A DNA stretch of 64,000 nucleotides from Octopus sinensis (Eukaryota), in NCBI RefSeq assembly GCF_006345805.1, contig NC_042999.1, positions 91,140,001 to 91,204,000 of the forward strand, read 5' to 3'. Each line of letters begins with the position of its first letter. Within the stretch, counting starts at the first letter, position 1. The notes beneath the pieces were generated by a model. The model was not told where the DNA came from. It saw only the letters and a program-made list of their open reading frames with translations, and made no database searches. The translations under genes and the position numbers were made by a program. Below are positions 26,920 to 40,740 of this stretch, piece after piece.

Positions 26920-27195
26920 TTCTTGTTGGCTGTTAGAAGCATAAAAACTATTTCGGCCGTCGTTTTCCCCAACAGAAAACAGAATTTCACAGAAGTACGC
27001 TGTTCTTTCGTTTCAACCATTGCAAAAATCGATGAAGAGGGGAGAAGCACTGCAAACAAAGGCGCACCACGTGGCAGCAGGCCTACACTCGACGAGGCTG
27101 GTTGGCATACTGATGCCTGAGGATTGCATCAAGTGGCTTTTATTAACGGAAGCCTGAACTACAAAGGGCTTGTCCCATAGAGAACGTTTCCGGTT
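26920..27195 (-). mobile_element. Mariner 5'-end fragment
   Basis: Minus-strand MVETKEQRTSVKFCFLLGKTTAEIVFML, a typical mariner transposase N-terminus (ATG at 27020). Confidence 0.7.
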
Positions 27196-29713
27196 ATACA
27201 TAATATATAAATACATGATATATATACATACATACTTACACATAATATATACACATATATAATATATATACATACATACTTACACATAATATATACATAC
27301 ATACTTACACATACATATGCACATACGTATATCTATGACTGTATCTGTATTTCTATTAGTGTGTTAGAGACCGCTATTTGAAGATCTTTGGTAAAAGACA
27401 TAATTATGACTATTTACTGAGATGGCATATATAATAAAAAGAATACACTCCCTTGCTGCAGACAGGGATCAAAAAGTTGAAAAGGGATGGCCAGCTTTTT
27501 ATGCAAATCATCTCATAAATTGTAGATATCCCGTATGATAAAAGGAGAAAAGAGGAAATCAGTTACAGAAAGAAGGAAAGTATTTGTTTTTTTTTCTCAG
27601 CCATATTGCTGTTGAAGTGATCATATATTTGTAGGCAGATTTGTATCGAATAATACTTCCTTGGGTGATGACAAATAACTTAATTTCCTTTAAGATATTT
27701 CCAAATTTCAAATATCTTTCTCGTCTCATGCTCTATAATTTCCTATAAATTCCAAACCTGGTACAAAAATGAAGATTTATTCCCCGTTTTATGGCATCCA
27801 ATTCAATTTCCTATCGTTTTATTTACAGACCTTTCTAGATGAGGGATTTAATATGGTTGCTCACGCACACACACACACACAAACATTCACACGCATGCAC
27901 AGTTTCTCATATATATTTGCGTACTCATACATGAACATACATACATACAGACACACACGTGCCCTATCCCGTTTTTTCTTTACCATGTATACAAGTATTT
28001 ACACACAAATACACACACACACACACATGTATATATGTATCTGCGTGTGGATGTAATTTCTGAATGATGTTATTAAACACGGCGTGTGAGGTGTGAACGA
28101 CCTCATCAATATTAAAGCATCAATGGGGAGTGTATCTCAAGTAAAATAAAATGATAAATACACGGATATTACCGAACTTATTATATCTTGAATCGGTCTT
28201 AGAACTGTTAAATCATAGGCTTAACCTCCGTTATCAATGTCCATTAAGGAATGTACGGTAGACACTTGGTATCAAAACGTTGTATGAGAGAAATCATCGA
28301 AGAGAAAGGGCTGCTTTTGTTATTGTTAAATGATGTGTTTAGGCTCCAAATGAACTGATATTTGGTTGCTATTTGAAGCAAACCAAACCACCATATGGTA
28401 GTGCTATCGTAGGTTCATCATGGGTGGAGTCTTCAGGTTCTTATTGCCTTATTATACTCCTATCTTAGTACAAGCTAATATTTCTCTCAAATACATCATT
28501 AAAATCGTTGTTCAGCTACTACTGGCGAATTCATTTTATCTACCTGCCATTTTTCTACAAGAAAATAAGACAACGGCAATGACGGCGAAAAAGTCAAGAG
28601 ATAAGAGATCATTTGAAAACAACACCGCAAAGTAAAAAGCTCGTTGATTAAAACGTAATGCCGTGCTGAGCCGTAACGAACTTGTGCCGCTATTTCGAGA
28701 GTTGCTATTTAGAACTAGGGGAAATAGATTATTCCAGAATTTTACTTGTATAATAAAGCAAATAATTAAATCTCACAAAAATCTTTTAAATTAACTTTTC
28801 CCTTACTTCTCCAGGTATTACAACTTTCATACTTTCCTTGCAATTGTTTGATTGCTTGTGTGGATGGTTTATTTTGTCATATTTGTTATTATTGTTTTTC
28901 TCTTTTTTGTTGAAATTATTGTTAATGGTGAGTACTCATAAGTCTCACTTTATGGACATGTGAATTTGTTGCATTCATCTTGAGTGACTTTGATCTCCTT
29001 ATCGATCAGTTGTAGCTGGTTACTTTCAGATTCAATTGTTTTATTTGTTTATAGCCTTATGTGTATCATTTCATCATTCCACTTTTATTCTCATAATTTC
29101 TATAATATTTTTTTTCTCTATTTTCTATTCTTTCTCGTCTTGAAGGATTGTTTACAATTTATCCTTCCTTATCTCCTTCATATAGACAGAGGTATGCTAG
29201 TGTTAATTAATTTTATGAGATGAATCTAAAGAAATTAGATTCCTATTATGTAGATTCAATTTTATTTTAAACGCCACCTCCAAGGATTCCAAGGAAAAGT
29301 GAGTGGGCGTAATTTAATCTAGAAATGGTATAAATATATGTTTATGCATCTGACTATATAAACTTTCATATGTAAAATACTTATGTATATACGCAAGTGT
29401 GTGTATGCGCGTGTGTACATGTGTATGCGTATCTACTCGTGTAAATACGAAGGAAAGGTAGACGAACTCAGCATGTTCAATAAGAGTTACAGATTATTTA
29501 GAACAATTTAATTCTATCTCATGCAAGAGAAAGCCTGAGGTGCTAAGTTTCTGCAACGAACCCGCGAATCTTGAAGTTGCATGGGGCCAAATAAAGCTGA
29601 TTTAATGATTATAATAATAATAATAATAATAATAATATTAATAATAACAACAACTGTCTCAACATATGCCACAATACAGAGCTCAATACTAATAATTTTA
29701 ATATTGCACAAAT

Positions 29714-30933
29714 ATGTCTAACGAAACACAACGGAAAACTACATCAGTACAGCGAATCGCTTGTTTTTTGGTCAATCTGGAAGCGCGTCCCCCAAAAGAG
29801 AAAGCCAGAATGGAGTCGAAAAGTCACCCATTGGCACAAACTCTTTGCTGAATACGAACCTGGATGGTCATTTGAACGAAAACTCCCCCAATACGAGCCC
29901 TTCAAATCCACCACCACATCAAACACAGAAAGAAAAATGTAAGAGGGGCAAATGGACCCGACAAGAGTATACAGAAGTTAATATACGCCTATTACTATGC
30001 AGTAGGCAAGCCAAATGAAGAGAAACACAATGCACACACTTATCAAATATGGAGAACACGAAATCAAGGCAGCAGACTATATTTGGACGAAAACAAGTTA
30101 GCAAATGTTAAGCGGGATATCCTCAGAAATAAAAGACACACAGATAGTGAAACAACTACGATCAAGCTCGCGCGGAAAATGACCTAAATATAAGACAACA
30201 AGGAAATGAAGAACTGACGAAGAGAGCATCTCTTCACAAGCCTCAGTTGAAAGCCTGCCATCTGACCAGAACACGCAAACGTCTGAAGAAATAAATTGTA
30301 ATGAACCTGATAAAAATAGCGAGGAAAGTGGTAAAGAAAAAATGTTTGACAACTACACATTTACTGAAGAACACAGCGAGTCTATGATAGAACTGAAGTA
30401 GAAAATTTTAAATAAGCCTCAAGTTGTAAGACACACCAATATGCATGATAGATAACCACTTCATAAGCTCTGAAATACAATTCAAAATAGAAAACAAGTT
30501 AAAATTGGAAACTATGTAACAAAGGTGATTATACAAGAGCCGAAACCATATCTCACTGAATTAAATGAAATTGTTTATGCAGCTGCAAAGACAATTGAAA
30601 TCAGTTGTATGCCTCTGAAAAAAAAAAACAAAGAAACAAAGAAATACAAACCTGAGAAGAATTTCAAACTGAAAAAGTAACATTGAAAAAGAGATTGAAA
30701 TAATGAGAGGTGAAATATCAATATTGAATGAAATAATCTGTGGAAACGACGTAAAAAATAGAAAAAGAAGACGAAAAGAAAACAGATTCTCACTTAAAAA
30801 AGAACTGCTTTCAGCAAAAGAAACATTGCAAAAAAAAGTTCAAGCAAAATCGCAAAGAATGCGATGTTTTGAGAAGAGAAACAAATTTTGAAACAGAATA
30901 AGCTATTCACATCCAATGCAAAAACATTCTACG
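29714..30933 (+). mobile_element. Dong/R4-like (REL-endonuclease) LINE, degenerate 5' ORF fragment
   Basis: GKWTRQEYTEV..YYYA, YQIWRTR, ENKLANVKRDIL, TELNEIVYAAAK, KVQAKSQRMRCFE. Homologous to 36246-37630 (-). Confidence 0.8.
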
Positions 30934-31204
30934 TTCTTAAAACTCTATGGCAAAGACGATAATGAGCTTTATCTAGTTCGAAATCTATAAAAGCTCTAAC
31001 AATTTGACTGGCAAAATATCTTGAAACTTCTAACGACTGAATGCTAAAGCTCGTGAAAAACCATGAAAGACGTAATATGCTTCATTCTGTTATGAAGGAA
31101 AGCAAAAAATTTTCAAGTGAGTTTATGCATAATACCCGGGTATTAGAGAAGTGCAGCAATTGTAGTTGCAAAGAAGGTCAATAGCGAAGCAAAATGCGCT
31201 TGAA

Positions 31205-31585
31205 CAATTGGCTGATCAGTGAGAACAAAAACCTCTGCATGGTAAAATATGTGGCCTGTAGCAAACAAGATGATGTAGACCAGTAGCACACACATCAGTG
31301 GCTATAGAGCTTCAGGGCTAAAGGCAGAGAGTGAGGGCTTTATCCTGCCCAAGATCAGGGCTTATCGACAATGTGATGAAAATGGTGTAGCCCCAAAGTG
31401 CCGATACAGCAACGATGGAATAGAAACAATCGACCATCTAATCTCTGGATGTAAGGTTTTAGCACCTGTAGAGTACAAATCAAGACATGATAGAGTTGGC
31501 TAATATCCACATTGGTTAATGTGTCGGCATTATAAAAACTGCTGACAAATGGTACAAATACCTCTCTGAGGCTGTAATTGAGGGA
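31205..31585 (+). mobile_element. Dong/R4-like LINE fragment, CCHC region
   Basis: KPLHGKY, SGLKAESEGFI, KCRY...ETIDHLISGCKVLAPVEYKSRHDRVG. Homologous to 55440-55800. Confidence 0.85.
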
Positions 31586-31731
31586 CTTCCCAGTATGTAC
31601 AGATCGGACTGTATACATTGGTAGGCCATTAAAACAAGCACACCAGATTGGTCATTTATAGAGCCATGTAATGGTAGTGATCGGGTGGCACCATAGTATA
31701 TCTCCAGTTTAGAATTTGTGCAAAGACAATA

Positions 31732-31768
<37 letters not shown>

Positions 31769-31779
31769 TAATAATAATA

Positions 31780-31846
<67 letters not shown>

Positions 31847-33677
31847 TATCGTGCACGTATATATGTTTAGAAACACAAACACATACACACGCATACAAAT
31901 AGATGCGCACATACACAAAGCTATATATGAACATATATCTAGGTATAGGTTTCTAAACAGAAGTATATAAGCGTAAAAACCTAATATCGTGGAAGAAAAC
32001 GGTGAATTTCTTGTGTATATTGTATCGAGTTTGCAGTTGCCTACAGATTCACTTCTCCAACATCGTATCATGAGAATGAGCTGATATAAATATAACTATA
32101 CTGAGACCATTGACTGAACCATTGTCGCTATTGTACATATAGGTAAAAATATATATAGTTTTCTTTTCTGGAACATTTTCCCATATTCACTTAACCATTC
32201 TTTTATATAACGAGCTATATCCCCTACGTATATATCAGCAAGATTAGCACATATTCCTTGTAAGCAGTTTGTAAGGTATCCAGTATTTCCTAAATCAGCG
32301 GACTATATGCTGATTTTCGGAACGTCTAGTCTAAAAAGGTATATTTACGAACAATGATCGAGTTAATAGATTTAACTATTATTTTCTGCGGTTTACATTT
32401 TAATGTTAGATTCTTAGAAGAGTCTCCTAAATAATACATGCCAATTAGACATTATGTTGCATCTATAAGCATTGAAGCATGAAATCTAATATGATCGTGT
32501 CAGTTATTGACCTTGAATAACTTAATATTACATCTAGTACACTGCTACGATACTCTACGCTTTAATCCCTTTACAGAACATTGCCTAATTATATGTTTAA
32601 AAGATTATGGGCAATGTGCACCAATAAATCACATCTATTAACTTATTACTTGAATGCCAAATACACAATACCCTTTTCTAAAAGCCGTTAGCTATCTGCA
32701 AAGCAGCATCATTCTTTAAAATTAAACTTGCTAGTTTTATTGTATGGATTAGACCTTACAGTTTTATCAGGGCTCTCAAGTGAAATACGCAGAAAATCAA
32801 ATCTATTTACATGCTACCCAATCCCATTGTGAAATATGCGGGAATTATATTATATTACAAATTTTCGAAGAAAACTACAATTGCGAACGGAAATATCATC
32901 AATGATAGTTGCCTTACAAAACCTAACGTCTTCTTTTGATACATCACTCAGAAAATTTAATTCAAACGACGGCGAGTATAAACTGGCTAACAGAAGACTA
33001 TAATTACTTGCCAGAAGAATTCCTCTAAGTTATCTAAATACTTTACCCGTTTGCCTGCTAGAAAACATGCTGTATCTTATATTTGACATAAAGTCCACTC
33101 AGTTTATAATCGATATATAATTAGATTATTTCTATACACTAGTCTTTTATTTTAAGTAATCCATCTTCTACTAAATTAAATTTCTAAACAGCCTAGAAAC
33201 ACCATGCACATTTATTGTTTGAACTACCTTAATCTTTTCTAAAATCCTGACGTTAGACATGATAGTTTATAATAAACTAACCCTAGAATTTTGGTAAATG
33301 GTTTTGGTAAACTCTCCCATATTGATCTTTCTCTCTCTCTCGATCAATACTTTGACATCCTCAACGAATTACCACGAATTATAATCTACTGTTACACGTA
33401 ATTCTCAAATACTTACTAATAAAATTTTGTCTTAAAACTCTTGGCCTCATCTTATATAGACGACTAGAAAAAATATTAATTAATTTATTTATTTATTTAA
33501 TGAGTATCCTAAAGGAATACAATCTTAAAATGTAACACATACAACTTCTCGTAGCATAACATTTATGAAGTCCCTTCCACATTACATATGTAATTTTGTA
33601 CACTTTCTTACCATCCCAATTTCTCATTCCATGGCAACATAGCTTCTGCGAAAGATGTATAAACTGCATACCTCTTT

Positions 33678-33970
<293 letters not shown>

Positions 33971-34436
33971 CATTGAGAAAAAGAAACGGTCAGAATTTTG
34001 GATAATTCTTAGTTACCACTTTCCTTCGTTTACCGAACTCCTCAAGACGAAATCAAAATCAAAATGGTAAAACATGTTTCGTTGTTCATTTATATGAATC
34101 GGATGCATTTTTCTCATTGCTTAGAAGAGGAGAATATTGTTTTTTCTTTTTGTTTTTGGGAAATTGTGGGTAAGAGAAAAAGATTAGCAAATACGGGGTA
34201 AAATAGACAGAGTGGTTTCAAGACAATCAAGAAAGAGGAAAAAATAATAAAGGTTTGGGAAAGGATAGATAAGTAGATAGACAGACAGACAGAGAGACAG
34301 ATAGCTAGAGAGATAGAGAGAGAGGAAGGGAGGGAGAGATTTCTTTTCAATTTGATGTATCCTTTCTCTCAATATAAAATATCTTTACACCACTTCAAAC
34401 ACACTATACACACACGCGCACACACACTCTCACACA

Positions 34437-34495
<59 letters not shown>

Positions 34496-35150
34496 ACACA
34501 CATATGTAATGGGGCAAAAATAATGTAGCTTATAAACGAATATGAGCGATATCAATATCGCCCATTATTTTGAATAAATATATACTGAATAATTAATTCT
34601 CTTACAAGAATCACTTTAATGGATTTTTCTAATTCACAGGAAACACCCTGATTAATAAACAATATTGACTAAAAAAAGAACGCGTGGATTTTGCTGCGCG
34701 GAAAGATAAATGTAATATTTTTTTTTTTTTTTAAACTGGTTGTACTTGATGTCCACCGTTATGAATGAAACTATCGTTTCGCAATAAATGCTGAATAAAA
34801 TGACTTTTTAAGAACTTTTGGAAATTGCACGGTGTGAGTTTTGAATCAGTGATGTTAGAATCACGAATCATAACCACAACTATTTTTCAATCCTATTTTT
34901 GGCTCTTATTGTGTAAAATTGTGTTTTAGGTGTTTTCAGTAGTAAAAGCAAATGCGATTTTGCATCTTGCACGCCTTTTGAAAACAGACAAAAATACTCA
35001 ATAGACCAGCTCCATTTAGGAATCGAAACTGGTAGTTCATTCTCTTTATCTCTTACACAATGAGGTCCAACAAAAAAAAATCAATATCTAACACTGATCG
35101 GAATAGCAAACCTTCTATTTTTCCTTCGTCATCACAGATCTATTTCTGGG

Positions 35151-35273
<123 letters not shown>

Positions 35274-35709
35274 CATACATACATACATAGATACATACAT
35301 ACATAGATACATACATATACGAAAGTAGAATAGGAAGTTATGATGTTGACTCTATTGTAGAAGGCTTGTGTGGTGTAAATGAAGTAAAACAGTAAACAGT
35401 TAAAATAACAGGCAGTATGATTGTATGATTAGCTTCAGAAGTATATGAAGTACATCAAACTGAGAAATTTAAAATTTCCATTAAACTACTCCGATTAAAC
35501 CAACCGAAAACTTTCTCTTTTCCCTAATAAAGAAATCTAAAGACTAAATATCATTAATTTTAGCCTAGAGGCGAGTCAAGTACAAGTTTAATCTGGTTTC
35601 AATTCCCAGTTGACGCCAATTGATTTCGCTTAAATACATAACACACTCAACTATGAAGTAATATATAATCGTATCACAGAAACTTTGCAGTCTTATATGT
35701 TGCTTAATG

Positions 35710-35741
35710 TATTATTATTATTATCATTATTATAATTATAA

Positions 35742-35785
<44 letters not shown>

Positions 35786-36245
35786 GAGTGAGAGAGCAGT
35801 GCATCCCATCAAAGTGACACTGGGGTAAAATATACGAAGCCCAGTATACCCATCATGACTACCCGTCTTATAGAGTACACTAAGCACATGCATCACAACC
35901 ATATGTGCGCGACATGGTGATCTCATATCAAGATAAACAGTACATGATCTTGCAGATGGGGCCCAGTTAGAATTTTCTTCTGGTCGAGTAGCCTATCCCA
36001 CTCAAAAGGTCCTTGAATAAGGGTTGTTTAAGGATATTGAACGAAACACCCATGTTTCTAGAGGTGAATTATTCAAACCCCAAAGAATCCCTCTCAACAC
36101 ATGGCTATGATGCTCCCCTACTACTTCTGCTCATGATCAGAGATGCACACACAGTCAGCCACTAAGGGACATGCTCAACTGGTTAAGGTCAAACAACTGA
36201 CAAGCAAATCTGAGATATTGAGCAGAATATTTGCTGTGGCCCATC
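35710..36245 (-). mobile_element. Non-coding retroposon with (TAA)n tail
   Basis: About 460 bp of non-coding sequence, relatively GC-balanced, ending on the minus strand in (AAT)n at 35710-35787. No coding capacity. The family was recognised only by pattern. Confidence 0.55.
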
Positions 36246-37630
36246 TGTCAATATCGTCTTATTCATATAAAATATATGACTTATTTTCTTGTTGCCAATT
36301 TTATATCCATACCTTGTTCCGTTGAGTTCAATTGTAAGAGATATTAGGCATATGCAGAAAATTAAAGGTGAAAGTGAGTCACCCTGGAAAATGCCGCAGT
36401 TGATATTAATATACGATTGATTAAGAATTGGTCTTTGCATCCATATGAGACTCGTCGGTACCCATTTTGTTCAGTGGGGTAAAAATCTTTATGTTCCATA
36501 AATTTGTATGTTTTCTCCACTAGGATGGACGTAAAAATTTTATACGTGGTAGATGGACATGTTATGGGTCGTTAGTTGTAGGGGAAATTTGGTTTTAATA
36601 TTCTTCAGGAGTAGGTGAGTAATGCCTCTTGCTAATCAATTGGGTGTTTTCGCAGGATTTCCCATAAATTCATTGATTAAATGGACTAACTTTTCGTGTA
36701 CGGGAGCGAGGCGAGCCAGAAATTCGGCACCTTATAATTACCAGGAAATTTCCTCTTATGAGCCTTCGTGAGTGTCGTCCTTAGGTCTGCTGTTGTGATG
36801 ACTTACCATGCTTGTTCTGGTATATTTTGGTAGGATCCTTCTCTGTGTCTAATCCAGTCTGCATTTTCATTGTAAGTCTTTTCATTACTCCAGTTATTAT
36901 TCCAGAAGTTTTCAACTTCCATGGCAGGTGGGGTGGGGTCTTCAACGATTATTTTCTTCTTTCCTATTCCTTTGCTTATTTTTATTGAAAATTTCTTTTC
37001 TTTCCTCAAATGTTTGTATTGTTTCAGATTTTGCTTGGACCTTTTGTTCTAGTGTTTCTTTTGCTGAAAGCAGTTCTACTCTTAGCGAGAAACTATCTTC
37101 TGTCTTCATCTTTCTGTCTTTTACGTTATTTCCACAGATTAGATCATTCAATATTGATATTTCACCTCTCATTATTTCAATCGCTTTTTTCAATTTTGCT
37201 CTTCCAGTTTGAAATACTTCTCAGGTTTGTATTTCTTTGTTTTTTCAGAGGCATACAACTTGTTTCAATTGTCTTAGCAGCTGCGTAAATAATTTCATTT
37301 AATTCAGTGAGATGTGGTTTTAGTTCTTGTATAATTACCTTTGTTACATAGTTTCCAATTCTAATTTGTTTTCTATTTTGGATTGTATTTGCGAGCTTAT
37401 GAAGCGGTTCTCTATCGTGCATATTGGCGTGTCTTACACCCGCAAGCTTATTCAGGATTTTCTACTTCAGTTCTATCATAGACTCTCTATGTTCTTCAGT
37501 AAATATGTAGTCTTCAAACATTGTTTCTTTAACACTTTCCTTGCTATCTTTATGAGGTTCATTGCAATTTATTTCTCAAGACTCCTTACTTTTCCTCCTC
37601 AATCTTCTTTTTTTTTGTACACCCGTTGTA
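36246..37630 (-). mobile_element. Dong/R4-like LINE, degenerate, internally deleted, truncated at the RT YMDD motif
   Basis: Minus strand: TELNEIIYAAAK, EVENFWNNNWS, KVPNFWL, SYGCKDQFLIN fused directly to ININCGIFQGDSLSPLIFC, then KISHIFYM and the break. Confidence 0.88.
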
Positions 37631-38103
37631 ATATGTGTCTGCGAGATCAAACGCATAGTTTAGAGGCGACACTGCTGTGGACATCGTCCTCACTTGAAAT
37701 TAAAATATGAGCTTTGGACTTGCTTGCGATTATCAAACGTAGACACTTGGAGGAGCCTGAGAGAAACAAATACCAATTAATCAAATAAATCCGGCGCTTG
37801 ACTGTTAATGTATTGTTTCGAATTCTGGAAGTGAGAGCTGACTCGCAAAATAACAGGATCTAAACTCCTGGCTTAAATTGAGGAAATTAAGTACAACTTG
37901 ATAGTTTGTTCGACACCTTAACTACACGGAAAACGCTGTGCATATAGCTATTGTTAGTGGGTTCCCATTAGTTTTATGCTCCACTTTTAAGCAGTTAAAA
38001 CTCTACTAAATGTAACTTTTGCGGAACGTTATTATTTCTTTAATCAAGGACAACATTTCAATGGGTTCGAATATACGGACAATAAAGCCTTGATAATATC
38101 ACA

Positions 38104-38134
<31 letters not shown>

Positions 38135-38141
<7 letters not shown>

Positions 38142-38290
38142 GAAGACAGGTGTATAAACAATAAGCAGGTGTATTAGTTTGACGCTCAGGAAGGTGAGAA
38201 AGTCTTTTACACTTCGAGCCTAGGCTCTTCATCAGAAAGGAACATAACATGAGGAAATAAACAGAGAGGGAACAAAGAGAGCTAGCGGTC
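38135..38290 (-). mobile_element. Penelope-type terminal-repeat fragment with a degenerate hammerhead
   Basis: Minus strand TTT-CTGATGA-A-GAGC[CTAG]GCTC-GAAG-TGT...GCGTC-AAA. Same family as 46065-46430 and 51785-52170. Confidence 0.65.
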
Positions 38291-38782
38291 AATCATAGCA
38301 ACCAAAGATTTATTAACTAAAGGAAAATACTCTTGTATCATATTATAAACATTAAGCAAATTCCTCATTTATTGAGTGGCGTAACAGCATGGCATTTTCG
38401 TAGTGAAATCTCCTTGAATAAACGAATTTATCGATCAATTATGATAATATTTTGATTCACTCTTAGTATATATTAAAATAAGGTTTTAAACTAGTTTTAT
38501 TTAAATACATGCAATATTATTTTTGTAATTTAAAGTTTGTAGATTATTCTTCTTTCGTATACGTAATTTATCAGCTTCAACAACAGTTATCTCTCATTAG
38601 ATTCTGCTCTCTCTTAGAAAAATTTAGGATCTCTATTTGCCCCTCATCTGTACTACATAATATTCTTTTCCTAACGTGACCAATTATATTAAATAGCATA
38701 AATATTTTGTTTCGTTATTAATAGGAGTACTGTACTATGACCATTGTAACTTAAAATAACAAGTTTTAGTAAGCGTATTGGT

Positions 38783-39075
38783 AAATACCCCTTTCGGTCA
38801 TAAATGACCATAGGATTATACCTAGAAATTTCCCTTCCAAGGCACAAGTCCGGACAGAGTTGTTTCATGAAAGACTCGCAATCGCCCGTGCGTACCAGTC
38901 TTCTCTCGCCACACCACTAATGTTATTCAAGGGAAAGCAAAAGCCGATACAGTTTAGCAGCAGTAACGTTGCAGCTCATGTCTACGGTTGAATGAACTGG
39001 AGCAACGTAAAATAAACTAACAACCGGGTCCGAGAATCGAATTCAATACCTCTAACCATTGAGCCATGCGCCTCC
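38783..39075 (-). mobile_element. tRNA-derived SINE, family A (head partly deleted)
   Basis: Reverse complement of 1459-1787 and 17318-17635 (GGAGGCGCATGGCTCAATGGTTAG, AAACTGTATCGGC). Confidence 0.8.
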
Positions 39076-39139
39076 TTATTTTAATATTTACATTTCTTGT
39101 AATTTACAATTATGCATATATTTAATGATTAAAATATTA

Positions 39140-39344
39140 TTTTCAAATTTTGTCAACAAGTTCGGGAGAAGAGGTAAGTCGACTACATCGACCGTAGTGC
39201 TCAACCGATGCATTATATCAATTCCGAAAGGATGAAAGTTAAAGTTGACCTCGGCAGAATTTTAACTCGGAACGTAAAGACAGATGAAATGCCGCTAATC
39301 ATTTTTTCTGGCGTGTTAGCAATTCTGCCAGTTAGCTGCCTTAG
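39140..39344 (-). mobile_element. tRNA-derived SINE, family C, with an 18-bp target-site duplication
   Basis: Family-C sequence flanked by TTAATGATTAAAATATTA at 39122-39139 and 39345-39362. Confidence 0.9.
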
Positions 39345-39619
39345 TTAATGATTAAAATATTAGCATAGCTAAATTACATTCTCTTATAAAGTAAAAGATA
39401 AATATAATAAGACGAAGACAGATAATTTTATCAGGAAGTATGGAAAATAATTACATATACATTTTGGTTTTTGAATCTTTTCAGTGACCGGTATCTATTT
39501 TATGACTTGCGACTTGCCAGAGTGTGATAAAGTTAGTACTAAATCCGCAGGGCTTGTAATAAAGAGGTTGTAAATTACATGAAATATAAGTATTAAAATA
39601 AGAATTTACATAGATAACA

Positions 39620-40740
39620 ACATTTACAAATTAGTTTCTTATTTCACCAGGTCTCAGGTGTTCGTCCGTAACACTGATAAGGGGATGAAGATATACCATT
39701 CCCATTTGTTAGGTTTTCAACATTTTGGCAGATTAGAGACAAAGCTATCAATAATAGCGAAGGATTCTGGCTTTGAAACTTCTGAGAAGGCGTTTGCGGT
39801 TCAAGTGTCTCCAAAAGGAATCGATGAAGTCATCGCACTCGTAATTTTTCTTGTATTCTCTGCGAGTTTAATGTTGTTAGTCTGTACGCTCAATCTGACC
39901 CCTGGCTTTATCTCAGTATAGGCTGCATAAATGCATAGTTTGAATATATATCCATGCAAAGATTTATAGAGTACACATGGTGTGTTCTGTCTTGGATAGA
40001 ACTTTACAAAGTATCGCTTGTCATATTAATTTTTCTACTTTCTAAGTTCATCAAATTAGAAAGTAGTTAGTTCAATGGCATGTTTTTGACACTATCCCTT
40101 ATGATTACTGTTATTAGGTAAATGTTATACAAGAATTTGTGTTGCTGGGAATTGTTTTTCTTACATCTACATCAGCTGACCATCTGATATTTTTGCAAAG
40201 AGTAAATGAGCTCCTCCGTCAGATAATATAATGTTTTTAAACTAAAAACAAATCCTTCTTCATCGCATTCAGCAGAGTGCTATTCTCCAAAGACATTTAG
40301 TGAGTGTACATGATATTCAACGTAATCTGCAGACGCATTCAACTCTTTTAATTGGTGTTTTAAAGCAAAATATTTGTCTCTCAAAATGCTAGCATTGTCT
40401 TAAATTTAATCACAGAAACCTTTCATATTGAAGCATATTTTTTTTTTTTGAAGAAAGTACATATCAACGAACTGATGAAGGGTATGAAATTTAAAAAAAT
40501 GAAATTTACACATCTTTCACCTGGACAAAATGGTGAGACATAGCTTGCAGTCAAAGCCGCATGATCCGTATTAGTATATAAAGTATAATCTAATGAAGCC
40601 AAATAAAACGGGTATTTCTTTACTTCTCGGATAATGTGATCCTTTAGACTAAAACCAATAAGACTAATGAATTTCTGAGCTGTTTTACATTGATATGATT
40701 CATGCCACCTGTATTTGTTTGCATAGGTATTCATATGCTC
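39620..40740 (-). mobile_element. Degenerate hAT-type transposase remnant
   Basis: Minus strand ISLIGFSLKDHIIREVKKYPFY..LDYT...YV...ERCVNF resembles the hAT/ZMYM1-like catalytic N-region. QTPSQKF..FAIIDSFVSNL resembles the pre-dimerisation region. Many stops and frameshifts. Confidence 0.55.

Noticed and set aside
32100-33300. Possible decayed coding sequence in an AT-rich tract
   Set aside because: Short stop-riddled frames with no motif I could assign. Needs a translated HMM search.
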